The notes: generated from the sequence alone by a model not told the origin. Shown: positions 38,005 to 51,930, numbered from the whole stretch's first letter. The stretch: 63,897 nt of DNA, filler included, from SAR324 cluster bacterium (GCA_022574555.1; 3 parts of 3 records of this genome joined end to end with filler, not necessarily neighbours in it), one strand, 5' to 3'. Numbers and translations are program-made.

Positions 38005-38341
38005 AAACAATCATACGAACAGGATAATTACGGCTAATCATCAGCTGACGACTTGACACTATATAAGTAATTGTTGCCGCATGGATCTAAATTAACTATG
38101 ATGTAAAATATATCTGATAGTTCTGCATTGTGCCTATATTCTATATGAGACCATATAGGTGTCCAGTAGAAACGGGCATGCAATATCGTACATTGTCGGT
38201 GGTAGTCAATAATGTTAATATATTAAAACGCTGGATTTGGCATATTAAAAATTAATTGGTTTAGAAAGATGCGATGAAAGAGACAATAATTTAATCTACG
38301 TCGCGTATTTATATTGAAACGTTTCTGTTGCTATAATCGAT

Positions 38342-39430
38342 TTAACTTTGGAAATCACAAGGGAACGATGTAGAAATAAATCGTTGGTTGTTTACACATG
38401 GTGCCAAGCATGTTTTACAAACTTCATGAGTTATTTTTCCTTTAGTAAAATTATTCCTGACTTTTGTGATCGTCGGGTGATTCATCCATATATCTTTTAA
38501 TTTTGACTCCCAAATATCCTTGGGTTCCGTATAGGCAGTTCTGCCTGACAAATCGATACAACAATATGATACGGTACCGTCATACAATATGGCCAGTCTT
38601 TTCCACGATGAGTCACAGAATCCGGTTTCGGTTGGTACATACTCATTTCTCACACCGTTTTCTGGGTATAGTCCGGATTTAGCCACATTATGTTTGAAGA
38701 AAACTATTTTTTCATTTAGTGATTTGGTCAAAGTGTATTGACCGAATTTATCGAAGTCCATCTCACATTTGTCAGAATAAAAAATATCTAATCCGGCTTC
38801 CTTTATAAGGCCAGCAATAAAGAATAATTTTTCCGCGGTATAATCCTTGTATTTATTATTTGAAGGTGACAAATAATACATAACTTGAAACTTGATAATT
38901 TGATCCGTGGTAACTTGATTCCAATGTCGCAAGTATTTGATTATATTATCAACATATGCATCAAAATCCAGGCCACGATGTCGCACACGTAGCTCTTCCG
39001 GATTGGTGGAAATGGATATCAACATATTCATTTTCAAGTCCAACCACTTTGGATCCATGATAGATCCATTGGTTGCTAAAGCGATGCGCATCCCATAATT
39101 ATTGACTATTTTCGCCAATTCGTAAAACTTTGGATGCGCGGTCGGTTCACCGTCAATATGGAGGCGGATAGGTTTATTGGTGATGTCAGGGAGTTGGCGA
39201 GCTATATGCTCGAAAAGTTCGATACTCATATTACCTTTGGACCTTTCTTTGAACGACGAACTGCAGTAGTCGCAGGCAAAATTGCATTTTGAAGTAATTT
39301 CGACCAATACTTCGGGATTATCATACGAGGATTCTTGTACACTGAAATAATTTGGATCGAAAGATTGTCGCGAATACTCTTCCAAATGGCTTTGCCCAGC
39401 AGGTATCGCAGATGTGGGTTTAGATTGCAT
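38342..39430 (-). CDS. Radical SAM protein with SPASM/twitch domain
   Basis: EITSKCNFACDYC, GEPT, TNGS; C-terminal FCDSSW..LAILYDGTVSYCC...CKTC. Confidence 0.9.
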   Translation of the reverse strand: MQSKPTSAIPAGQSHLEEYSRQSFDPNYFSVQESSYDNPEVLVEITSKCNFACDYCSSSFKERSKGNMSIELFEHIARQLPDITNKPIRLHIDGEPTAHPKFYELAKIVNNYGMRIALATNGSIMDPKWLDLKMNMLISISTNPEELRVRHRGLDFDAYVDNIIKYLRHWNQVTTDQIIKFQVMYYLSPSNNKYKDYTAEKLFFIAGLIKEAGLDIFYSDKCEMDFDKFGQYTLTKSLNEKIVFFKHNVAKSGLYPENGVRNEYVPTETGFCDSSWKRLAILYDGTVSYCCIDLSGRTAYTEPKDIWESKLKDIWMNHPTITKVRNNFTKGKITHEVCKTCLAPCVNNQRFISTSFPCDFQS

Positions 39431-40384
39431 AGTAATCCTCGGTAACTTCAAACATAATATATAGGAAAAATATTTGATTTATAAATCAGATGCAAATGTA
39501 TCGGAGCGAAAATAAATTTATAAAAAATTAGTTTCTAATACTGCATTGGCGACAACGGATAATGAATATTAAAAAATCAGATTATAGGATTAAAAAAGTT
39601 GCGGGCAGTAGTTGATGAAAAAACCGCGATGGTAGCGGCGATATATCAGTTCGAAACACGGGAACGCATGGTGATGGCGGTGTTTGTCTCGATGGTCTGC
39701 CGTTTGGATTGGTGCGTACGGTATCGAGCTCCGCATAATTTATTAAGCTCCGCTATAAGAGTCAGTCTTCGTTTGTGCGGATGGACGGGGAATGGACGGT
39801 TACGGAAATACCTTTGAGTATCTTGATGGCGTTTGGGCAAAGATTTTCCATGGGTTTCATGACGAGCGAGAGGAAATGAGCAGCCTAATAATTTGATAGA
39901 TTGATTGGTTCATTCCCGTTCGCGTCCACGGTATCGAAGCCCGCTGGAACATTCTATTGAGGAAAAAATCCTTTGGTAAGAATTCGGTATCTTGGTGAGA
40001 GGGCATCTATCGGCATTGGGAATACAAGGTAACGGTAAAAATTTATGTGGTAAAATAGCCACATTCCGATGGTTGATGGCGTTTTTCGGCGGGGTTATTT
40101 TTCCCGGGCATCGCTTCAAAGACGGGTTTTAGAAGGTCTTTGGAGACCGATGGGGGAGACCTTCGAACCCGTCCATCTGCATGCATCAAGGATACCATTC
40201 ATAATCCCCGGGATCGTGTACTCAGGCAGGGCCCGATATCCAGTGATGGGTCCAACAGTGTTGTCCCACTGGAGACACGAATGATGTCTATAGCGATCGA
40301 TAATACCCGTTGCGAAAGTGTGGCGGCATTGCAAGTTGCATGAACCAGCACGGTCGGGATGTCCCGTCCAAACCTGGGAATCCG

Positions 40385-41086
40385 TTATTTGATCTCCAAA
40401 AGCTCGATTTCGAATATTAGGGTGGCGTGCGGGCCGATGCTGTTACCGCTGCCCCGCGCCCCGTAGGCCAACTCGGGGGGAATGAATAATTTCCACTTGG
40501 CGCCCACTTTCATCAGTTGCAGCGCTTCGGTCCACCCCCGGATAACCCCCGTCACGGGGAATGTCGCTGGCCGGCCGCGGGCGTACGAACTGTCGAATTC
40601 GGTGCCATCGATCAGCGTACCTCTGTAGTGGGTCACCACACGATCTTGAGTCGTGGGTTTCGGGCCGCTGCCGGGCGTTAATATCTGATATTGAAGCCCG
40701 CTGGGCAGGGTTGTTACGCCCTCTTTCTTCTTGTTCGCCGCGAGAAAAGCCCTGCCTTCCCGCGTGTTCTTGCCGGTGGATTCCGACGCGGCTTTTTGGC
40801 GTTTGGATTGACTGCGGGCATTTAGCGCCGCCATCGCGTCGCGAGACTCCTGGAGAGACAATACGGATGGTTTATTGCTCATGGCGTCCTTGAATCCACG
40901 CATGAAGGCCTCAATATTAACGTCAATCCCCTGGTGCACCAGATTCCGGCCAACGCTGATTCCCACAGCATAGCCCTCCTTGTCTTCATCTGTGAGCAAG
41001 GGCTTGTCCTTAATTTCGGCGGAATCTTGTGCGAACGCCAAGGGGACGGCCAGAGCGACGACCGCTAACAGGATATGGAACTTCAT
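40385..41086 (-). CDS. FKBP-type peptidyl-prolyl isomerase (FklB/Mip-like)
   Basis: Signal peptide, FKBP_N (YAVG), SGLQY, HYRGTLIDGTEFDSS, VIRGWTEAL and IPPELAYG motifs. Confidence 0.95.
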   Translation of the reverse strand: MKFHILLAVVALAVPLAFAQDSAEIKDKPLLTDEDKEGYAVGISVGRNLVHQGIDVNIEAFMRGFKDAMSNKPSVLSLQESRDAMAALNARSQSKRQKAASESTGKNTREGRAFLAANKKKEGVTTLPSGLQYQILTPGSGPKPTTQDRVVTHYRGTLIDGTEFDSSYARGRPATFPVTGVIRGWTEALQLMKVGAKWKLFIPPELAYGARGSGNSIGPHATLIFEIELLEIK

Positions 41087-41247
41087 GGTGATCCTCGACA
41101 ATGAAGCGTAATCAAAATATGCAGTGTCTGGCCAGTATTACAGGAAATGCATTGAGATCAACGGAATTCCTACTCAGGGTCTCGCCACCGACGGATACAC
41201 CCTTCTGGGAGCGGACGATAGAGAAGCGGAGCGACCGCCGGGTATTC

Positions 41248-42402
41248 TCAGGCGATCGTTCCGGGCATTCCCATCCTACGCAGCCAGCGGAAGTGCGAGA
41301 GAATGCCGGCCCAGAATGTAGGGTGTTCGTAGTAGCGAATCCCAAAATCCCGGCAGGTGTCCTTCACCAGCGCCGAAATCGCCGGGTAGTTGGAATGGCA
41401 GATTTGGGGGAAAAGGTGGTGTTCGATCTGATAGTTCAGGCCGCCCAGCAACCAGGCAGCCACCCGGTTGCTCCGGCAGAAGTTCACCGTGGTTAGCACC
41501 TGATGCACCGCCCAGGCATTTTCCATCCTCCCCGTGCTCTCATCCGGCATGTGGAAGGCGGCTTCTCCGACGCAATGGGCCAGCTGGAAGACCACACTGA
41601 GCACCATACCCACCACAAAGGTAAACAGGGCGTAGTAGAGGGCGACCACCCACCATGGGTGGAAAATCAGCGGAATACCGAAGGCCAATGAGAAGAAGGT
41701 CGCCTTACCCCCGATGAATATGGCCAATTCCTTGTTCCGGGGGCGAGGTATGCGGTGAGGACCGATGCGCCCCATCAGCAGGTCCCGGAAATCGTCGTAG
41801 AAATGCCACTTGATCGCCATCACCCCGTACAGTGGCCAGATGAACCAGTGCTGCCACCGCTGATGCGCATGGAGGGGCTGGTGGGGCGTCAATCGAGCCA
41901 GCTTGCCCAGAGCGATGTCCGTATCCTGGCCGGTGATGTTGGCATATGTATGGTGGAATATCCCGTGCTTCCAGTGCCAGATGTACGAGCTGCCACCGAT
42001 CAAATCCAGCGAGCGGGCCATGATTCGGTTGATGAGGTGGTAGCGTGAGAATGCCCCGTGCCCGCCGTCGTGCATTATGTTGAATCCGATGCCTGAAGTG
42101 GCCAGCCCAAGCAGGACGGCGAAGGGCACAGCCTGCCACCATGTCCCGGCTAAAAACACCAGCAGCACGTAGAAGGTCACGAAGGCGACCAGGATCGCCG
42201 CAGCTTTGACGTATAATTGAATGCTGTCGCGGCGCCGTCGCCCCGTCTGCCGGAAATATTCGTCAATGCGGCGGCGCAATTCCACCTGAAACTCGCGCCC
42301 GCCCGCGAATTTCAACCCGTGCAACGATGTACCGGCAGCGGGACCTGCCCGGTGCGGCTCACGGGCCGCAGCGGACTGCGATATTTCGGTATCGTCTGTC
42401 AT
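41248..42402 (-). CDS. Membrane fatty acid desaturase (front-end/delta-6-like, no cytochrome b5 fusion)
   Basis: His boxes HDGGH, HGIFHH and QIEHH. Confidence 0.92.
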   Translation of the reverse strand: MTDDTEISQSAAAREPHRAGPAAGTSLHGLKFAGGREFQVELRRRIDEYFRQTGRRRRDSIQLYVKAAAILVAFVTFYVLLVFLAGTWWQAVPFAVLLGLATSGIGFNIMHDGGHGAFSRYHLINRIMARSLDLIGGSSYIWHWKHGIFHHTYANITGQDTDIALGKLARLTPHQPLHAHQRWQHWFIWPLYGVMAIKWHFYDDFRDLLMGRIGPHRIPRPRNKELAIFIGGKATFFSLAFGIPLIFHPWWVVALYYALFTFVVGMVLSVVFQLAHCVGEAAFHMPDESTGRMENAWAVHQVLTTVNFCRSNRVAAWLLGGLNYQIEHHLFPQICHSNYPAISALVKDTCRDFGIRYYEHPTFWAGILSHFRWLRRMGMPGTIA

Positions 42403-42752
42403 TAATTTCCCTGAAATCCCCTCAGCCCGTGTCGGTGCGCCGAAATGCTGGTTGCGGCCTACCGTCGTTCCACGAGTAGGGGAGCCGAAAGGAACCAAGG
42501 CATTGCGGCGGCAAACGCAGTTACTGTCGCATTTGAGTGCGCCGTTGTCCAGACCCTCACCCGTAGGGGGTCGCGCAGACGAAAATTGTCTCTGGATTGG
42601 CGCCGGCCTGCGCCACGCCTCGGCCCGTCTGACGACGCTGGAACTACTGCATCTGGCTTGGGCTTCCCGGATGAGCCGCCCTTGGTTTGTAGAATTATGA
42701 GGCAACCTATAGCGCATTGCCTAACCGCTAAATTACAACATTCCGTCAGAAC

Positions 42753-43214
42753 CTACTCGTCGAAGGAATAGGTCTTAGAGTAGGTGCAGATAAAATCTCC
42801 GGGGTCGCTGTTGCAGATCGTGATTAGCCGCGTTCCGAGGATATCCGGATCTGTGATAATGGCCTCTCTCATCATCCCCCCCGGGCCGTTCAGCACTTCA
42901 ATACATATGGCCGACTGGCCCTCGTTCCATTGGCCGGTATAAACAAGGGTCTTGGCGCCAAAAAATATATAATCGCTCGTGGTACTGGTCAGTTTGAATT
43001 CTCCCGCACAAACGTCCCCAGAGGGCATTTCAATGCTGAGGCTAAGATTTTCGCCGTTGGAAACCATTTTTAGCACGCCATAGTCTTCCAGGTCGTTCAG
43101 GAGGGGCTTGTCACCTTTGCGTTCGATATCCCCCAACATCGTGGGCGCACATCCGTAAAAGAGCAGCAGCGCCGTTAGAAATGCAACTAATACAAAATAT
43201 CCCTGTAATTTCAT
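42753..43214 (-). CDS. Hypothetical lipoprotein
   Basis: Hydrophobic leader ending in lipobox-like FYGC; four further Cys. Confidence 0.6.
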   Translation of the reverse strand: MKLQGYFVLVAFLTALLLFYGCAPTMLGDIERKGDKPLLNDLEDYGVLKMVSNGENLSLSIEMPSGDVCAGEFKLTSTTSDYIFFGAKTLVYTGQWNEGQSAICIEVLNGPGGMMREAIITDPDILGTRLITICNSDPGDFICTYSKTYSFDE

Positions 43215-43635
43215 GATCTTATCCTTATCGGAAAAATGAGTGTGTCATCCGAATATTCTCAGATGGAGCCCAATAATCCGCCAAATACACGTCATCTAAA
43301 TCGCGATACCACGATTTTGAAAGCGGAGTCCACGGTTGCGGGTACTCGCCCGTCTGGCCTTTCTCGTCCCGATATCACTGAATCCATCCGCACGGGAAAC
43401 CACCCCCGCTCCCTATCTTACAAGATACTTCACTCAGGTCTGCCCGAACCCTGGGACGAATAGCAGATTTTTCTGGCTTCGCCTGGGCCAACATCATCCC
43501 AACCCCGATCCGCATTACGGCCGTCGAAGATTAGACGGTTAATTTACTCGAAAATGTCCGCAATAATGGATTCGATATGCGGAAATATTTTAAGGAGTGA
43601 TTCCTAACTTTTCGAACAAAACCAAATACAAGTTT

Positions 43636-43667
43636 AGTCCCTGCAATCATCATCGATTACAGGGACT
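43636..43667 (-). terminator. Stem-loop downstream of tRNA-Ser
   Basis: AGTCCCTG.AATC...GATT.CAGGGACT inverted repeat 6 nt past the tRNA 3' end. Confidence 0.55.
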
Positions 43668-43673
43668 CGGCAG

Positions 43674-43760
43674 CGGAGAGAGTGGGATTCGAACCCACGG
43701 TACAGTTGCCCATACACATGATTTCCAGTCATGCACCTTCGGCCTCTCGGTCATCTCTCC
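43674..43760 (-). tRNA. tRNA-Ser (GGA), CCA not encoded
   Basis: GGAGAGA/TCTCTCC acceptor stem, anticodon arm CATGA-CTGGAAA-TCATG, long variable arm, GGTTCGAATCC T-arm, G discriminator. Confidence 0.97.
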
Positions 43761-44176
43761 GAATGAAAAGATCATGGCAAAGGCGGTGGCCGATATCAAG
43801 GCGGAAGCCGGAACCCGAGCCGCTCTCCGCCCCAAATTTGCGAATGGGCCATCGATTGTGCCGTGATCCGACAGCGGCCTGGAAACCCGCGGTGACCCCG
43901 CCTCCGCCCGCGGTTGGTGCCGGAGATATCGGGCCAATCACCATCGTCCAGGCGCGCCGGCCGCGGCTTTCGAAATCCCGTCTACCATTTTCCGCGGTTC
44001 CGGGTTATGCTCCCCGCTTGTGTGCGGTTATTCCGCCCATACCATTCGGGTCGGCATCGCATGAGCCGGGCCCATGGCGGTGGAACGGCCCCTATCCAGG
44101 CAGTGGGGCGAAATTTCAATCGGCCCATCGGCGGTTGCAGATAACCGGCCCAACCCGGCTTATCGCGAGGCGGTGA

Positions 44177-44482
44177 ATGAAAATCGGCATCGTTCCCATA
44201 AATATCGGCGCACAGGCCCACCCGGAGAAGATCGCGGAATTGGCCCAGGCCGCCGAGGAGTCGGGCATCGAATCGTTATGGACCTTCGAGCACGTCATCG
44301 TGCCGGTGGCGTATGCGTCCAAGTACCCCTACCACCCTTCGGGCAAGATGGCCGCCGAGCCTGAGACGCCCTTCATCGACCCCCTGATCGCCCTCACCTA
44401 CGCCGCGGCGCACACCACCCGCATCAAGTTGGCCACCGGCGTGAACATCCTGGCGCAGACCAACCCCTTGCTGCTGGCCAAG
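44177..44482 (+). CDS. LLM-class (luciferase-like, probably F420-dependent, Rv2161c-like) oxidoreductase, truncated at contig end
   Basis: MKIGI, AQAAEE.G.ESLW..EHVIVP...SKYPY, DPLIALTYAAA.TTRIKLATGV motifs. Confidence 0.88.
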
Positions 44483-44582
44483 NNNNNNNNNNNNNNNNNN
44501 NNNNNNNNNNNNNNNNNNNNNNNNNNTTAATTAATTAANNNNNNNNNNNNNNNNNNNNNNNNNNNNNNNNNNNNNNNNNNNN
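44483..44582. other. Artificial contig linker
   Basis: N44-TTAATTAATTAA-N44. Confidence 0.98.
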
Positions 44583-44658
44583 CCCTGCAACGGAGCGCGG
44601 CTCCCTTGACCCTGTATAGTTTGTTAAACCAATGGGATACACTTAAACCAAAAATTAT

Positions 44659-44726
44659 TCGGGGTGCAGGGGTCAAGATCCCTGCCAGGGATTCCAAAGG
44701 GGCAGAGCCTCTTTGGCCGCCAGAGG
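44659..44726 (+). repeat. 68-bp dispersed double-hairpin repeat, copy 2
   Basis: Homologous to 23598-23665; stems GCAGGG..CCCTGC and CCAAAG.GGC..GCC.CTTTGG. Confidence 0.85.
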
Positions 44727-44862
44727 CAGAAAATCACAGCCTTTCTAAAATCGTCCCCGGTTATTCCAGCCAAGATCGAAGGCAATGCCCTAGGTACGAA
44801 TTACAGCCTGCGCAGCCCCGTGTGCCCCAATACTACTCAACCCAGCCTCCGGTAGCCCATAA

Positions 44863-45156
44863 ATGAACGATGGTAAGCCTGTCTTCAGCCTTGAGGAAAT
44901 CGAAAAGATAGCCGATCTGGCCAAACTGGAATTGACTCAAGCGGAGAAGGAGGTTTTCTCCGGTCAGTTCGCCGAAATTCTGGACTACTTCCGGACGATA
45001 GAGTCCGTAGCCACAGACGATATCCCCGCATATGCCACGGGGGATTCCAGCCCCCACTTTCGCCAGGACGTTGCCGAAAACTCGCCCGTATCGCCCGAGT
45101 CATTCAGCGAGTTCCTGGAAAACGGCCACTTCAAAGTGCCCCGCGTAATCGAATAG
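44863..45156 (+). CDS. gatC: Asp/Glu-tRNA amidotransferase subunit C
   Basis: EEIEKIADLAKLEL...QFAEILDYF...FRQD...GHFKVPRVIE pattern. Confidence 0.9.
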   Translation: MNDGKPVFSLEEIEKIADLAKLELTQAEKEVFSGQFAEILDYFRTIESVATDDIPAYATGDSSPHFRQDVAENSPVSPESFSEFLENGHFKVPRVIE

Positions 45157-45240
45157 GCCGCTCAGCTATTCGAATCGACCCGAGTCCGCATCCCGCCGGC
45201 GCTGCCATTTCACGCCGCGCTCCGGCGCACGCCGGACGGC

Positions 45241-45284
45241 AAAAAAAATCCCCCGGATGGCCAATCGATTCGGCCATCGGGGGA
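45241..45284 (-). terminator. Rho-independent terminator of gyrB (possibly bidirectional)
   Basis: GC-rich stem TCCCCC(G)GATGGCC/GGCCATCGGGGGA followed by a T8 tract on the minus strand. Confidence 0.8.
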
Positions 45285-45334
45285 AAATCAGCTGGCTTTG
45301 AAGGCGTCACGCCTGCCTAATCAGCAGAGATCAG

Positions 45335-48798
<3,464 letters not shown>

Positions 48799-48805
<7 letters not shown>

Positions 48806-49926
48806 TCAATCCGAAGCGGCATCACAACGGCGAGGAAAGACGGGTCATTCGGCATACTAACAAGGCAGGGATTCAGGGGGCCTTTCATCTCCAACTTGAC
48901 CGTATCGCCATGCGTCGCAACGAGTAACACATCCAGAAGATAACGGGCATTGAATCCAATTTGCAATGGCTCTCCGTCATATTCGACAGGGATCTCATCC
49001 AATGCGTCACCGTACTCGGCGCGTTCGCTCTCCAATCGCAAAGTGCCGGGGTTGAGCGATAATTTGACCGGCTTGATCTGCTCGCTGCTCATCAGCGACA
49101 CGATTTTCAAGGCGTTGACCATCCGTTCCCGATTGATTTCCAATGTCTTGTCACTATCTTTAGGAATGATGGGATCGACGTTGGGAAATTTCCCCTCGAT
49201 CAATCGAGTCGTCAGCGTGATCGATTCCGTGCTGAGTTTCATCGACCGTTCGTCAAACGAAAGGGAAACCGGGCCTTCCGTCCTCTCAAGGATTTTGCGC
49301 ATCTCGACCAGAGACCTGCGAGGTATGATTATTTCTGGCGGCGACTCCAGCTTGCCATCAGCCACCGGTTTGTGCACCTGCGCCAGTCGATGGCCATCGG
49401 TTGCCGTCCAATGGGACTGCTGGTGCTCGTCGATCCTGAGATTGACGCCCATAAGATTCTTACGCGTTTCATCGGTCTGAGTGGCGAATATGGTCAGATC
49501 GATAGCGTCCTTCAAGGCCGCTACATCGATGCGAAATGAATTATCCAGATCGGCCATATCCATCTGGGGATACAAACCCGTATCCATCGATGGCAGACGA
49601 AGACGGGACGATCCTCCTTCCAGGGTCACCCAGAGTTGGTCATCGGCGGTGATCCGCACTTCATCGGCGAGAAACTCCCGGCATACTTCCAGCACCTTCT
49701 TGGCACTGATACAAATGGTGCCGGCTTCTTCCGTTTTTGCGTCAAACCGGCCCTTGATCGCAATCTCATAATCCGTCGCGGAAAATTCGACGGATTTTCC
49801 ATCGCCCTCTTCCATAGTTGACAAAAGAAAGTTCGAGAGAATCGGCTTGCTCGAACTTCTGTCCGTGATCGGCGTGATGATCTGCAGAGCACTAATCAAA
49901 GTGCTTTTATTAACTGTTATTTTCAT
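48799..49926 (-). CDS. dnaN: DNA polymerase III beta sliding clamp
   Basis: PILSNFL, SATDYE, ATDGHRLA, IIPRR, RLIEGKFP, IGFNARYLLD and VVMPLR motifs. Confidence 0.97.
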
Positions 49927-50250
49927 AGAGTAGTCGTAGGAAACGTTGCATTGTTGGTGATGTTTTTTAATAACCTGATATCAATGGATTTTATAGAATA
50001 TAACCGTGTTGGAATATCGTTCGTTACTATGCGGCGGACGGTAGAGAGTGATCGATTGCCCAAGCCGGATTGGGCCTCTTCCCGGTAATGGAGTCTAATA
50101 TGCCGTATTCCTACCAGATCGTTTCGCGTTTCGCACGCAAAACCCGCGAATTATGTTGAAATGACGAGTAATCGGCAGATCCACGATGTTGATATCGGCG
50201 TTGGCCGGCGGTTATCGGCGCTCCGTCATCGCGGTTCCCGGTCCGTTGAT
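49927..50250. promoter_or_regulatory. Probable replication origin (oriC) in the dnaA-dnaN spacer
   Basis: Position; AT-rich patch at about 49960-50005; co-oriented DnaA-box-like 9-mers ending CAACA/CAACG; trio-like CTACGACTACTCTA next to the dnaN start. Confidence 0.5.
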
Positions 50251-51675
50251 TTATTTTGTCTCGATCGAGCGGCGCAAAGCGTCTCTGATTTCCGAAACTG
50301 TTCGTTGATGATCGGTAGATCGTTCCAACCGGCCGTTCAGGGACCGGATCCCTTGGATCACGGTTGCGTGGGTGCGGCCGCCCAACATGGCGCCGATTTC
50401 TCCATAGGACAATGGGGTGGCCTCCCGAGTGAGGAGCATGGAAACTTGGCGGGCCAAATCGAGCTGGCGCGACCGGTCTCGGGAACGCAATTTTCGTAAC
50501 GTAAAGCCAAAATGAAGGCATACGGCTTCCATTACCACCTTCCCCGACGCCAGCGAAAGGCCCTGCGGTTCCTGATCGAAAAATGGTGCAGCGAATTCGG
50601 CCGTGAACGCCGTCGTAATCGGTTGTTGCATCATCGAGGCGTAAGCTGCAAGCCGCACCAGGGCCCCCTCTAACCGCCGTGGTCCCAAACTGATGCGCTC
50701 AGCGAGGAGCCTCAGACTTTCGTCCTCGATGGAAATATTGTCTCGCGCCGCCTTGGCGGTGACGATTGCCAAGCGTGTATCGAGTCCGGGAGGACGCAAT
50801 TCAGCGATCAGCCCCGTTTCCAATCGGGAGCGTAAAGCCGGGTTTAATCCTGCGATAGTCCGGGGGTAACGCTCGGACGCCATCACGATCTGCCGTCCGG
50901 CTTTGAAGAGCGCATCAAACGTGTGCAGGAGTTCCTCTTGTGCTTTGGCCGAAACCGACAAGATTGACACGCCGTCAATCAGCAGGAAATCCGCTTCGCG
51001 ATACGTCTCCCGGACTCCCCTCATTTTCCGCTCCCGAATCCCTTCCAGGACATCGTTCATGTAGGATTCGGCGTCGCGGTAGACCACACGCCAATGCGGA
51101 TACCGCACAGCTACAGCGCGGGCGATCCCCTGGAGGAGATGGGTTTTACCCAATCCGACAGCGCCTACCAGGAAAAATGGGTTGTATCGGGAACCGGGCC
51201 GCTCCGCGACAGCCTTGGCCATTTCCCAAACGGATTTGTTTTCCGTACCGCATTGAAACGTTTCTAGGGTTTGATGCGATGAAAGCCGGTCCGTCGCTTC
51301 CAATTTGGAATCGGCTCCCGCGGCAATCGGCCCTGCGGAGGTGGAAGCCCCTGACGAATTCGTGTCTTTCTGGTCCGCGCGTTCGCTGGTGTCGTTCCAG
51401 TCCGCGTTGAGCCCTACCCGCAGTTCCAGGCTGAAGCCGGCCTCGAATTCGATATCATTGAAGTTGGCCGCAATGGTCTCGCGGAGCAGGGGCTGAAATT
51501 GGCGCAGCAGACGTTTTTTCAAGAAAGTGTTGGGAATGCCGGTCAGCACCGCTTTATCGCGGCTCAAGTGCACCAATTTGAGTCCCGGCAGCCAAGCGAC
51601 GGCATCCTCTGGCTCTAATTTGCGGCGCAGCACCGCCTTGCAGTGGTTCCACTGCTGCGCGAAGGAATCCGTCAT
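50251..51675 (-). CDS. dnaA: Chromosomal replication initiator DnaA, divergent
   Basis: Domain I (W...W), YNPFFLVGAVGLGKTHLLQ, QEELLHTF, LRSRL..GL, RRLEGAL, domain IV ARQ..M...EIG..LGGRTHATV; upstream of dnaN. Confidence 0.9.
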   Translation of the reverse strand: MTDSFAQQWNHCKAVLRRKLEPEDAVAWLPGLKLVHLSRDKAVLTGIPNTFLKKRLLRQFQPLLRETIAANFNDIEFEAGFSLELRVGLNADWNDTSERADQKDTNSSGASTSAGPIAAGADSKLEATDRLSSHQTLETFQCGTENKSVWEMAKAVAERPGSRYNPFFLVGAVGLGKTHLLQGIARAVAVRYPHWRVVYRDAESYMNDVLEGIRERKMRGVRETYREADFLLIDGVSILSVSAKAQEELLHTFDALFKAGRQIVMASERYPRTIAGLNPALRSRLETGLIAELRPPGLDTRLAIVTAKAARDNISIEDESLRLLAERISLGPRRLEGALVRLAAYASMMQQPITTAFTAEFAAPFFDQEPQGLSLASGKVVMEAVCLHFGFTLRKLRSRDRSRQLDLARQVSMLLTREATPLSYGEIGAMLGGRTHATVIQGIRSLNGRLERSTDHQRTVSEIRDALRRSIETK

Positions 51676-51930
51676 GGAGGCCCCTAATTCGCCGGCGATC
51701 CGGCGGAGGAATCTTGCATATGCATTCGCTATTTATTAGCGATTCGGGCGAGACTTGTCAGCAATATAAATCGAGGGGCAGGGCCAACTGCATCTTGCAG
51801 CGAGACGAAAGCCTTGGGTCAGAACTCACTTGTGATCGGCTCATCCCGGTAACCGGGCACAGGTTTGATCAACCGGCACCGTGAATCGACCGGCTCCGCC
51901 GATTTCACGCCGGTTGGGGGTGTTCTTGAA

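Noticed and set aside
38342..39430. Island radical SAM as a second RiPP maturase
   Set aside because: No RRE domain or credible precursor peptide nearby; the context is glycosylation.
39600..40380. Short ORFs with TIPGI or DGVF suggestive of transposase remnants
   Set aside because: Isolated 4-5 residue matches with no further catalytic motifs or terminal repeats.
43674..43760. tRNA-Ser as the integration site for the downstream AT-rich island
   Set aside because: No duplicated tRNA 3' end (att) and no integrase found on the contig.
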